A stretch of DNA of 64,000 bases from Candidatus Rariloculaceae bacterium (GCA_965262365.1 OZ253541.1:4939843-5003842); one strand, 5' to 3'. Positions 46,488 to 55,610 are shown, counted from the stretch's first letter. Numbers and translations: made by a program. Notes: generated from the sequence alone by a model not told the origin.

Positions 46488-48137
46488 GTGCACCCTTTGA
46501 AGCGTTCCTCACTTCGGATTGCCGCACTCGCGGCCCTTGTGCTGTGGGGTTCGGCCGCGCTGGCCGAGCACTACACGCTGCCGCTGTTCGTGACGTCGAC
46601 GACGGCCGGCACCACCCAGGGCGTGCTGCGGTTACTCAACGACACCGGGGAATCCGGCTCGGTCGAGATCCATGCCATCGACGATGCCGGCACTCGCACC
46701 GGTCCGGCCACCTTCACACTGAACGCCTGGACGGCGGTGGAATTCGATGCCTCGGAGCTTGCCTCCGGAAATGCCATGAAGGGGTTGTCCGAGGGACTGG
46801 GCACCCTGTCCGGCGATGTGCGTCTGGCGATCGAGACGGAGTTGCAGATCGTGCCCTCGGCGTATGTTCGCGCGGGCGACGGCACGCTCAGCGCGATGCA
46901 CGATACCGTGCGCGCCAGCGTCGCCGCAGGGGGAGGGGGCGGTTACAGGTACCTGGTGCCGATCTTCAATTCCGCGTCCGAGGTCACGCAGGTGAGCCGG
47001 TTGCGGTTGATCAATCCGGGGGCTCGGATCGCGTCCATCACCATTGAGGGCCGTGACGATACGGGCACCGCGGCCACCGGGGGAACCGTTCAACTCACGG
47101 TGCCGGGGGCGGCGCCGGTGGATCACGAGGCGTTCAACGAGCGCTTCGGCGCAAGCGGGATCGAATACCGGCGGGGCAGCGACCGCGTCACTTACATGAC
47201 ACCGGCGTCGGACCGGTTCACGGAGACGGGCGAGTCCGGCGGTGTCGCGTTTACCAACATGGGCAGCGATTGCTATCCGGGCCTATTGGTGCGGATCGAG
47301 GGGAGTTGTACGTATCCCGGCACGACCGACGAGTTTACCGTCAACGAGCGCGGAAGGGGCCGGTTCCTGACGTTTCTGGCCGGTATCCGGATCCGGGTCA
47401 ACAACGAGACCATCGACGGCCGTGTCTACGACTTCGAGGCCACGCACCAGGGTGACGGGGTATGGCGGATCGATCGGGTGGCCGGCATGACCGAGGTGCC
47501 GAGCTTCGGTGCGGCAGCGAATCCGGGGGACCGGACTTACATGGAAGGCGCCGCGATCGATCCGCTGACGCTGCCGGAGGCAACCGGCGGCAACGGCCGG
47601 CTGACGTACGGCCTGTCACCCGATGTACCCGGGTTGAGCTTCATCGCAAGCATGCGCCAGCTTACCGGCACGCCGTCGACGGCGGGCATTTACGACATGA
47701 CCTACACCGTGACCGATGCAGACGGCGACACCGATACGCTCGGCTTCACCATCACTGTCGAGGCAGCCGAAGACGAGGGTAATGGTGGCGGTGGCGGCGG
47801 TGGTGGCGGCACGGGTTCTGCGGTCACGGTGGAAAACGGGAGTTGCAGGGGTACGCGAACGGGTGCCTCAACTTTTAGCGTGCAAATGAGCGGTACCGTT
47901 CGGGCGCATCGTGCAGTGTCAAGCGTCCGGGTCCTTGGGTATGTAAACGGCTTGCTTCTGGGCGCAGACTCGCTGGGCGACATTCCGGCCGGAGGTACGA
48001 GGAACTTCTCCATCTCCGGCGACCTTACGATCACCGCGAACAGGATCTCCTCCTGCAACGCCGACATCCATTTCCTGCCCGCGGGCTCGGAACCAGGCGG
48101 CGGCTCGGTCAGCATTGACTTTGGTACGCAGCTTTAG
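46488..48137 (+). CDS. secreted protein: two unnamed modules + Cys module + He_PIG/cadherin-like Ig + Gly-run + C-terminal domain
   Basis: There is no ATG. A GTG at 46488 (or TTG at 46497) gives ..KRSSLRIAALAALVLWGSAALA. LTYGLSPDVPGLSFIASMRQLTGTPSTAGIYDMTYTVTDADGDTDTLGFTITV is He_PIG-like. Confidence 0.65.
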   Translation: MHPLKRSSLRIAALAALVLWGSAALAEHYTLPLFVTSTTAGTTQGVLRLLNDTGESGSVEIHAIDDAGTRTGPATFTLNAWTAVEFDASELASGNAMKGLSEGLGTLSGDVRLAIETELQIVPSAYVRAGDGTLSAMHDTVRASVAAGGGGGYRYLVPIFNSASEVTQVSRLRLINPGARIASITIEGRDDTGTAATGGTVQLTVPGAAPVDHEAFNERFGASGIEYRRGSDRVTYMTPASDRFTETGESGGVAFTNMGSDCYPGLLVRIEGSCTYPGTTDEFTVNERGRGRFLTFLAGIRIRVNNETIDGRVYDFEATHQGDGVWRIDRVAGMTEVPSFGAAANPGDRTYMEGAAIDPLTLPEATGGNGRLTYGLSPDVPGLSFIASMRQLTGTPSTAGIYDMTYTVTDADGDTDTLGFTITVEAAEDEGNGGGGGGGGGTGSAVTVENGSCRGTRTGASTFSVQMSGTVRAHRAVSSVRVLGYVNGLLLGADSLGDIPAGGTRNFSISGDLTITANRISSCNADIHFLPAGSEPGGGSVSIDFGTQL

Positions 48138-48176
48138 AAGTTGGCGCCGCCATCGATGCGGCACGTCACTCCGACG

Positions 48177-50212
48177 TCACTCCACCACCTGCAACGCTTC
48201 CCGCAAAACCTCCACGCCCTGTGCGTCCAGGATCACCGCCTGGCGTACCGGTCTCGTCGGGACCGGCGTGCGGGCCGCCCAACCCGCCTCGCCACCATCG
48301 CTGAGAACGTTGATGGACAGCGGCTCCCGGTAGAGCTCCACGCCGTCCCCGTCAAACAGGATCAGCGTAAACGGCCCTTCAGGATCTGGTGCTCTGGGCC
48401 CCCTGTCGGTGCTTTGGGCGTGCGCTGTGCCGTACCGCCCGATTGCGTAAACGGTTGCACGCCGAGCGTGCCCGTCGCTGAGCGGGTGCGACGCCGGTAG
48501 TTCAGTGCGTTTCGATAGTGATAGTCGGACACAAACGCATACTGGCCGCAATAGGACATCAGATCCGTGTGTCCCTCGTCATCGTTCGAAACGAATCGCC
48601 GCCAGTTCACATCCCATCCGGCGTGCGGCCCCAGCCCACCGTCAGCGTAGGGATAGCTGAAGTCGACAGATGTTGCGCTACAACCCGGCGTATGCTGCAA
48701 ACCGAAGTTGTGTCCGAATTCGTGAGGAATCACATTGGGCGAGGAGATCGTGCTCACAGCCACATTGCCGGACAATTCCGCGAGGCCGGCGGTTCGCGCA
48801 GCACGCGCATCGTCCCCCAGCCACGGCCAGATGAACACGCCGTGGTACCGGACATCAGGGATCGGGCATCGACAGTCGGCGGCTCGTCACCGGGAAAATA
48901 CAGGGGGATGAACGTAACCCGAAACGGCGACAGTTCGTCGCCGTATAACCGGATCGGCTCGCCCGTGTTGTCGTCCTCGTTCGTCTCGGCAAGTTCGTCG
49001 TCGGCGCGGCCTGGTCGAGACGTTCGGCAAGCACGCTGCCCTGGCTGTCCAGCACGCGTGTGATGACCAGGGGCGGCTCCGATACTTCATGGTCGATCCT
49101 CACCGCCAACGCCGCCCAACGGCCAGGGACCGGCCGCTGACGCTCCCGGGGGGCGCCTCGCCAGTCCCACTCCCACACCAGCGGTCCCTGATAGTAGGAA
49201 ACCGAATGGTGAGTTGCATTGCCGTTGTCCGCGGCGTTTCCCGACCAGACCGGTCGCATGCTGACTTGCGGGGGAGGTTCGAACCCGCGAATCGCATTTC
49301 CGTCGTGCCGCAACACAAGTTCGCGGCGCGCGATGCGCTCCCAAAGAGCCCGGGGCACAGTTCCCGTCAATCGATTGGATTGCACGTACAGTCCGCTCAA
49401 GAAGGCCGGATTTGCGAGTTCCGGAGGAATTGATCCGGTCAACCGATTGCCGGAGAGGTCCAGGGTCTGCAGGTTGGCCAGATTTCCGAGCTCCCAGGGA
49501 ATCGGCCCCGACAATCGCTGACCAGACCGGGGTTTCTATCCGGATCCGTCACATAGCTGCCGTCGCCGCACCGCTCGAGTGTGCGCGCCGTGTCCGGCTC
49601 GCTGTCACAGTGGTCGCTCACGCCATCGCCGTCGGCATCCTCCGGACCGCCGACGCACGGGTCCAGAAACCACGGTCGTGTCGAACTGGTGGACAGATTG
49701 GTCAGGTGCCCCGCGGTGTCTTCCACCAGGCTCATGACCTGGATGCCCCGATCGGCCTGAACGGCCAACCGCCACCCGCCTTCCCCCTCTCCGAAGCTCC
49801 CGCTCAGCCCCCTGGCGCCGTCCTGGAGGGATTCGGCGCTCAGGGATGTCGAGGCACCTGAGGCCAGGGAAAGGCTCACCGCTCCCTCCGGCGCCTCATC
49901 GCCGGCATCGTCCCATGCCCGGATCTCGATCTGCGCGGCCCCCTCGGACGGATTGATCAGCCGCACCGCACTGCCATCCGGGAGACCGCTGTCGGGCGCC
50001 AGCGGCTCGATATCCAGCGACGTGTCCAGGACGAGCCGCCAGTCGCCCTGACCGGTGCCGATGCGAACCATTCCTTCGCGCAAGGCATCGGATACCGATG
50101 GCAGCAGGGGAAGACGGTAGGTGTCCGCCGAGGTATCGAGCGGCATGAAGAACAAGAGCACCACCAGGGCTCCGACGCCTGTGTGTCGATGAAATGCTCT
50201 TTTTTCACCCAT
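48177..50212 (-). pseudogene. multi-frameshift gene: signal peptide + unnamed module + TSP3-like + plant-type LRR + HExxHxxGxxH zinc metalloprotease
   Basis: Four successive frames. 49439-50212: signal peptide, module, DADGDGVSDHCD. 48855-49514: LSGPIPWELGNLANLQTLDLSGNRLTGSIPPEL. A third frame around 48840-48990: FRVTFIPLYFPGDEPP. 48362-48838: VIPHEFGHNFGLQH. 48177-48551: C-terminal domain. Confidence 0.7.
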
Positions 50213-50262
50213 GGCCGTATGTTCGCAGCATATGAATCCTCTGGGCAATCGGAAGTACGTCC

Positions 50263-51200
50263 CTAATCGGCCGCGGCGGCGAGCCGTCTCAGGCCCGAGA
50301 AGTCCCGCTCGGTGACCGTCGCCGACGCCTTCACCTCCACCCCGACAATCCGCCCGCGCGTATCCTCGATCACGAAATCGACTTCGTTTCGCTCCTTGTC
50401 GCGAAAGTGCGAGAACTCATAACGATCCTCCGCCCAACTGGCCAACTTGAGCAGTTCGCCGAGTACGAAACTTTCCAGCAGCGGTCCCCAGGGCGTCCTG
50501 TCCCGGCGCAAGCGGTCCAGCGTTACGCCCCTCAGGGTGGCCAGCAACCCGGAATCGAGAAAATGAAGCTTCGGCGCCTTCACGAGGCGCTTAAGAGTGT
50601 TGCTGTACCACGGCGGCAACGTGTGCAATAGAAACAGTCCTTCGAGAATGCGGAGGTATTTTTGGGTCGTCACGTGATTCATCCCGAGCACCGCCCCGAA
50701 ACCGGAGTAGTTGACGAGTCCACCGGAATGCTCGGCCACCACTCGCAGCAGTCCGGGCATCAAGCCGAGCTGTGCGATTTGAGCGATCTCGCGGATGTCG
50801 CGCTGAACAATGGCCTCAATGTAGTCCCTGTGCCAATCCTGTCGGCGCCGCCATCCCGACCGGCTCAGCGCCTCCGGATACCCGCCCGCGAGCACGGTCT
50901 CGATCAGGTCATCGCCGAGTACCGCCGTGGTAGCCGTTGTGGCATCGCCGGAAAATGTACGTGCCAGGAAGTGCGATGGGGTTTCTCGTATCTCCGACTG
51001 GGCCAGGGGAAGGAGCCGAATGATTGCCATGCGCCCCGCGAGTGAGTCCGCGACACGTGGGAGCGTCATGAGGTTTGCCGAGCCGGTAAGCAGATAGCGA
51101 CCGGGCCGTGGGTCGGCGTCCACGGCGGCCTTGATCGCCAGCATCAGGTCGGGCGCGCCGATGCGGCGATTGGCGCAGAAGAACTTCCGACGTTTCAGTG
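50263..51200 (-). pseudogene. 5'-truncated AAA ATPase with DUF4143
   Basis: APDLMLAIKAAVDADPRPGRYLLTGSANLMTL...EVDFVIEDTRGRIVGVEVKASATV matches the DUF4143 ATPase family. The Walker A-containing N-terminal roughly 110 aa are absent and are replaced by a Sel1 fragment. Confidence 0.6.
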
Positions 51201-51214
51201 TCGCCCGCCGCACA

Positions 51215-51262
51215 GTCTCGCCGTGGCGTACTACAACGGATACGGTGTACCTCAGGACCTGG
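51215..51262 (+). repeat. Sel1-repeat gene fragment
   Basis: TCTCGCCGTGGCGTACTACAACGGATACGGTGTACCTCAGGACC matches 61268-61312 of the intact Sel1 gene (VAYYNG.GV). Confidence 0.6.
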
Positions 51263-51311
51263 AACACCATCGTATACACCCAATCACGCTAACGGGCCTT
51301 GTAGACGACCT

Positions 51312-51455
51312 TCAGGGCTCCATGACCCTGACGCGCGAATCCCCGGCCAGGTCGATCAACCGGCGGTCAAATGTCAGCAATGCCTCGCATCTTGCGGCCG
51401 CGCCGAGATGCAACGCGCCCGCGAAATCCATACCCTGCTCCGCGGGAAGGCCGCC
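51312..51455 (-). pseudogene. PIN/VapC C-terminal remnant
   Basis: GMDFAGALHLGAAARCEALLTFDRRLIDLAGDSRVRVMEP resembles a VapC C-terminus (..DAL.LA.A......L.T.D..L). No N-terminal half is present. Confidence 0.4.
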
Positions 51456-51487
51456 CAATTCAGAGCGAAGGTCGCCTATATCTCCGC

Positions 51488-51693
51488 CGGATGACTCCCG
51501 TAGTAGATGCGCAACCGCCAGGCATCCAGATTGCCCGTGTCGTCCTCGGCGCCGTCGAAGACCTCGATCTGCCAATCGCCGTTCGGGTCCTCGCCGCAGA
51601 ACGCGTTGCTCAACAGGCGCCAGCGAATCTGCTCGAGATCGTTCACGGCATGGAGAGCGCCAAATGCGGCCATTGCTTCGAGTGCATGATTGA
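51488..51693 (-). pseudogene. proprotein-convertase P-domain-like remnant, dispersed repeat copy A
   Basis: The minus strand encodes HALEAMAAFGALHAVNDLEQIRWRLLSNAFCGEDPNGDWQIEVFDGAEDDTGNLDAWRLRIYYGSHP. It is near-identical at DNA level to 59624-59960, apart from a roughly 140-bp internal deletion. Confidence 0.6.
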
Positions 51694-51800
51694 GTTCCAT
51701 GGGTGAGATAGCCAATGGTTCAATTATGCTATGTAATAATCGTGTTAATTCACTCTGTTTCGCAGAACGACAGAAGTCTGCAGACTTGGGAGGGAGACCC

Positions 51801-53699
51801 ATGAGCAATGGCCGCTGCACGCGTGGAAATCCGTGGGCGCGTATCTTTGTCGCGCTTTATGTCCTTGTTCTGGCGTACGGCTGTTCGGCGCCCCAGGTCA
51901 TCGATGTGGATTTCAGCGTTCTCGACCCCGAGCAACAGGCGGTGGAAGAGAACGCGCTGATACGTCCGGGCTCCACGTTGACACTGAGCAGCATTACCGC
52001 CATCAGCAGCGACGGCACGCAAAGCACCCTGGCGGAGTCCGACGAGTACATCGTGACGGTTCTGGGTGGAACCTATGACGCCGCGACCCGCGAAGTGCAT
52101 TTCAGCGAAGTCCCCGCCGACGTGCCTCCGCAAGGCTACGAAGTGGCGATCCAGCACGCTGACGGTGTCGGCACGGTCATGCGTTTCACACCGGACTTTG
52201 CCGGCATCCATGGGCCGGAGCCGGGCGATGTGGTGTCCTTCGAAGTGAACCTGGAGTGGAGTCGGGACGGCCAGAGGTATTCCATTGGCGAAGGCACGCC
52301 GCTGATCCCCGGCGAAGCCTACAGCCTTCATGCGGTCGCCCGGGATACCCTGGGGCGCACGTTCGAAACCGGCAGCGACAGCAACACGATTCCCGCCGAG
52401 CGGCTCGCCACGACGCTGGCAAACCTGACCGCCGGTGGTGACGACGGGTCCATGCTGGTCGCAGGCAGCGGCGCACCAGGCCAGGAATACCGTATGGAAG
52501 TGCGTTACGGCGGCGACGAGAGGCACGCCATAATCCTCGAATTCCCCCTGGATCCCGCCATCTCCCAGGGCCCGCAACCGCAAGCCGTTACCCGCGTGGA
52601 AATCCTCGGCGAACTGAGCGATGGCGCACCCATCCGACCCGGCGATGCAAAGCCGCTGCAGGTGCGGGTAGCGGACATCCGCGGCCGAACGTGGCTGCTC
52701 GATATGGATGGCGGCGGTTCCCACGCGGACAATCAATACCGGCTGCCGCCTTCGCGCCTCCAGGTTCTGGTGGAGAACGGGGTCTACGACCAGGGCGCCG
52801 GGCGGGTTCAATTCGACGCCGACGCCGAAGCCATGCTGGAAATGACCTACGGGTTGGAGGTGAGATACGACTCGGACCCGTTGCTGGCCGACGCAAGGGA
52901 ATACCAGCCGGACTTCCTGGCCGTCGTACCGCTCATGGAAACGGACGAACTTGTCTACGCGGGACAGGATGTTCGCGAGGGGCAGTCGGGCCAGAGTGGC
53001 CAGAACGGCGCCCGCGGCAACGACACCAACCGCGAGATGGGCCGCGGAGGCGGCGGTCGCAACGGCGGCAACGGCACCAACGGTCAGACGGGCGCCCGGG
53101 GCGCCGTTGGCCCGAGTCTGCGTGTGGTCGCCCGCGAGGTGCGCACCCTGGACTCGGAGACGCGTCTGGCGCTGTTTGAAGTGCGCGTGCCGGGCGCGCC
53201 GCCGGAGTACTACCTCCGCGCAATGGACGATTCCCCGGTCACTATCGTCAGCCGCGGCGGCAGCGGCGGCACCGGCGGCGATGGCGGCGATGCCTATTTC
53301 TCGGGTTCCGGCGGCGATGGCGGTGCCGCGGGCAGCGGCGGTGACGGCGGTGACGGCGGCAATGGCGGCAACGTCGTATTGATCCTTGCTTCCTTCGACC
53401 TGGAAGGCGTGTTCGTTCTGGACAGCCGGGGCGGCGGTGGGGGCCGGGGAGGCGCCGAGGGCGTTGCTGGCCGTCCCGGCAGTCCGGGCTCGGTGGGCAA
53501 CTGGAATGAGGCCGATATCCCCAGGGATCAGGTCATGCCGGAAGTCGGCGCGTACGGCAATGAAGGCAACATCGGCCACACTGGGCGTGACGGATTCGAC
53601 GGTCAACCGGGCACTGTGGAGTTCATTGTCGAGGAAGAACAGGCGGGGGCGCTGGTGAGGCGCACGCCGGTGGGCATACAGACCGTGATACTCTTTTGA
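51801..53699 (+). CDS. lipoprotein with three beta-rich repeats and a collagen-like/Gly-rich C-terminal third
   Basis: RBS GGGAGGGAG precedes the ATG at 51801. The signal RIFVALYVLVLAYGC has a lipobox. The Gly-rich tail includes GQSGQSGQNGARGND..GGNGTNGQTGARGAVGP..GGSGGTGGDGGDAYFSGSGGDGGAAGSGGDGGDGGNGGNVVLIL..GGGGGRGGAEGVAGRPGSPGS. Confidence 0.65.
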   Translation: MSNGRCTRGNPWARIFVALYVLVLAYGCSAPQVIDVDFSVLDPEQQAVEENALIRPGSTLTLSSITAISSDGTQSTLAESDEYIVTVLGGTYDAATREVHFSEVPADVPPQGYEVAIQHADGVGTVMRFTPDFAGIHGPEPGDVVSFEVNLEWSRDGQRYSIGEGTPLIPGEAYSLHAVARDTLGRTFETGSDSNTIPAERLATTLANLTAGGDDGSMLVAGSGAPGQEYRMEVRYGGDERHAIILEFPLDPAISQGPQPQAVTRVEILGELSDGAPIRPGDAKPLQVRVADIRGRTWLLDMDGGGSHADNQYRLPPSRLQVLVENGVYDQGAGRVQFDADAEAMLEMTYGLEVRYDSDPLLADAREYQPDFLAVVPLMETDELVYAGQDVREGQSGQSGQNGARGNDTNREMGRGGGGRNGGNGTNGQTGARGAVGPSLRVVAREVRTLDSETRLALFEVRVPGAPPEYYLRAMDDSPVTIVSRGGSGGTGGDGGDAYFSGSGGDGGAAGSGGDGGDGGNGGNVVLILASFDLEGVFVLDSRGGGGGRGGAEGVAGRPGSPGSVGNWNEADIPRDQVMPEVGAYGNEGNIGHTGRDGFDGQPGTVEFIVEEEQAGALVRRTPVGIQTVILF

Positions 53700-53702
53700 C
53701 GC

Positions 53703-55025
53703 ATGAATTCCACCAGAGAAGATCAGGCCGCACCTGACCGGGGCCGAGGGCACGAACACGGTTTCAAGGCTTCCCGCCTTCGTCAGAAGGCGCTGGCCAT
53801 ATTCACCGTCGTGGTAATTTCGGCGGTGTGTTTTCTCGTTTATATCAGTGCGGACGTGACAGTCCGGCGTCTGGTCAACGAAGCTCAAACCGCCCTGCCG
53901 GAAGGCGATCTGAGGGCGGTGGATCTGCAAGCCGCCGCAACGAGATTTCAACGCGCGCTGGAAATCAGACCCAGTGACGCCTACTTGCTGGATGCCGCGG
54001 ACTTGCTGCAACAGCGCGTCGCCGAGCAGGTGGGCCGCGACATCGCGCGGAGCGAACTGGACCTGGCGGATAAAATCCTCGCCGCCGCGAGCGAATCCTG
54101 GTCCGACATCGAGAGGTTTGGCGACACCGGCGAGTTGCGAAGCGCCCTGGACAGCGCGTGGCTGCAACAGCAGATTCGCGAGGAAGTAGCCGGGTTTGTC
54201 GCCGCCGCGCTGGAGGTGTTGGCCGGCGGCGTGACGGACGGCGAACGCATCGACGACATCAGGGCGGCGTTGCAGCAATTGCGCCAGGCCCTCGATCTGG
54301 ACCCCGACAACGACCGCGCTCGAACGCTGCGCGACGACGCTCGCCTCGACCTTATGGCAGCAGCCCGCCGCGAGCTCAAGGCAGGCAACCAGGATCGGGC
54401 GGAGGACTTGCTGGAAGTGGCCCAGGACGAGTGGCGCGACGACGATGCCATCGCAGAGCTGCGCGATGAACTGAGGCAGCTTTTCGACGAACTTTCCGCG
54501 GCCTCGGAACTGCGCCGGCTGATCGACCTTGGCGAACAGCGGCTTGCCGCGGACAACCTGTCCACGCCCACGGGCGACAGCGCGGTGGATTACTTCCGCC
54601 GGGCGTTGGCGCTGGATTCCGACAACGAGCAGGCCGCCGCGGGACTGTCGCAATTGGCCGACCGCTACGCGCTCCTGGGTTGGGATGCCGTTGAACGCGG
54701 CGACATTGCCGAGTCGCGCCGACTTCTGTCGAAGCTCACCGAAGTGGCGCCGCAACATCCCGAGGCCGGCCCGCTGCAAGCGCGAATCGAGGCGGCGGAG
54801 GAAACCGAGCAAGTCGAGCAGGAGCAACAGGCGGCCCGGGAAGAACCTTCCCAGGCGCCTCCACCCGGTCCCGTGATTGCCGACGACGAAGAAGGCCGCC
54901 TCTGGTCGGAGGTGATGAGCCTGTGCGACGAGACTCAGCTACGCCGCTACATCAACGGGTATCCCGCCGGCCGGTATATCGACGAAGCCTGGAGCAGGCT
55001 CTCGGCCTGCCGGGCAGGCCGCTGA
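53703..55025 (+). CDS. membrane-anchored TPR-like/helical-repeat protein
   Basis: Starts 4 nt after the preceding stop. It has one TM (ALAIFTVVVISAVCFLVYISA), then helical repeats (FQRALEIRPSDAYLL, LRQALDLDPDNDRA, YFRRALALDSDNEQA) and a C-terminal ..LRRYINGYPAGRYIDEAWSRL. Confidence 0.6.
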   Translation: MNSTREDQAAPDRGRGHEHGFKASRLRQKALAIFTVVVISAVCFLVYISADVTVRRLVNEAQTALPEGDLRAVDLQAAATRFQRALEIRPSDAYLLDAADLLQQRVAEQVGRDIARSELDLADKILAAASESWSDIERFGDTGELRSALDSAWLQQQIREEVAGFVAAALEVLAGGVTDGERIDDIRAALQQLRQALDLDPDNDRARTLRDDARLDLMAAARRELKAGNQDRAEDLLEVAQDEWRDDDAIAELRDELRQLFDELSAASELRRLIDLGEQRLAADNLSTPTGDSAVDYFRRALALDSDNEQAAAGLSQLADRYALLGWDAVERGDIAESRRLLSKLTEVAPQHPEAGPLQARIEAAEETEQVEQEQQAAREEPSQAPPPGPVIADDEEGRLWSEVMSLCDETQLRRYINGYPAGRYIDEAWSRLSACRAGR

Positions 55026-55069
55026 CAGGAGGTGACAGATCGACAGGGGCTTGCTTTCTTCGATGCGCG

Positions 55070-55262
55070 GCATAGCGGCACTACTTGCACTTTCCCTCGC
55101 CGTCGGCGTTCGCTTTCGAATTGCCGAACAGCTCTCCGCTTCGGACCTTGTCACTCGGGCGCCGACTCGACCGACATTGGCATGAACCGCGGCATGATCG
55201 CCAAAATGGCCCGCCGATGCGCAGATTTGCGCGACGCGCGCGCCACACGCTGGCACGTGCGC
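55070..55262 (+). pseudogene. collinear mini-copy of the Sel1 gene locus (three fused segments)
   Basis: 55070-55108 matches 60578-60612 (signal-peptide region). 55106-55153 matches 61373-61425 (3' end: RFRIAEQLSASDLVT). 55154-55262 matches 61498-61600 (downstream non-coding DNA). Confidence 0.65.
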
Positions 55263-55410
55263 TGGCCGAAACCGGTCGATGAAATCCGTGCCGTCGCGCA
55301 CCAATGATCACCCGCGCGCATATCACCCGCCGTGCCTTGCATCCTTTCGGATCGTGCCGCAAACAGGTACCCGGCCTTCGGACAGTTTCTTCCACCGGCT
55401 TGCGCCCGCT

Positions 55411-55529
55411 GCATGATTGATTTCCTGTGTGATGCGGAAGAACGCAGTGAGAGGATCCGGCAAGCTCGAACTTGAGCAGTCGGCAGCGAAATCATGTTCG
55501 TTGGTCGAATCGCTACCGGTCCGCGGCGG
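55411..55529 (-). repeat. dispersed repeat copy C (segment adjoining the P-domain remnant)
   Basis: GCATGATTGATTTCCTGTGTGATGCGG.A.AACGCAGTGAGAGGATCCGGCAAGCTCGAACTTGAGC..TCGGCAGCGAAATCATGTTCGTTG matches 59958-60076. Confidence 0.65.
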
Positions 55530-55610
55530 GCAGTACGGAGCCTCCCACCGGAGCTTATGGCCTCTCTTGCAGGGACGGTTGAATGTCCAGGCTCCCGAGA
55601 ACAACCGGCG

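Noticed and set aside
46120-47480. Possible diversity-generating retroelement (template/variable repeat pair) suggested by two similar roughly 220-bp segments
   Set aside because: No reverse transcriptase is present in the window. Differences between the copies are not confined to adenine positions (for example ACGGACGAG against ACCGACGAG, and CTGACATTCCTG against CTGACGTTTCTG). The segments are paralogous protein modules.
49270-49295. tRNA-like GGTTCGAACCC motif
   Set aside because: No acceptor or anticodon arms can be drawn around it. It lies inside the LRR-zincin pseudogene coding sequence.
51750-54827. 1025-aa ORF on the minus strand, the longest ORF of the region
   Set aside because: It is antisense to two plus-strand genes that have a proper RBS, lipoprotein signal, TM segment and repeat structure. 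Its own translation is Arg/Gly/Ala-rich with no motifs. Stop-poor antisense frames are typical of GC-rich DNA.
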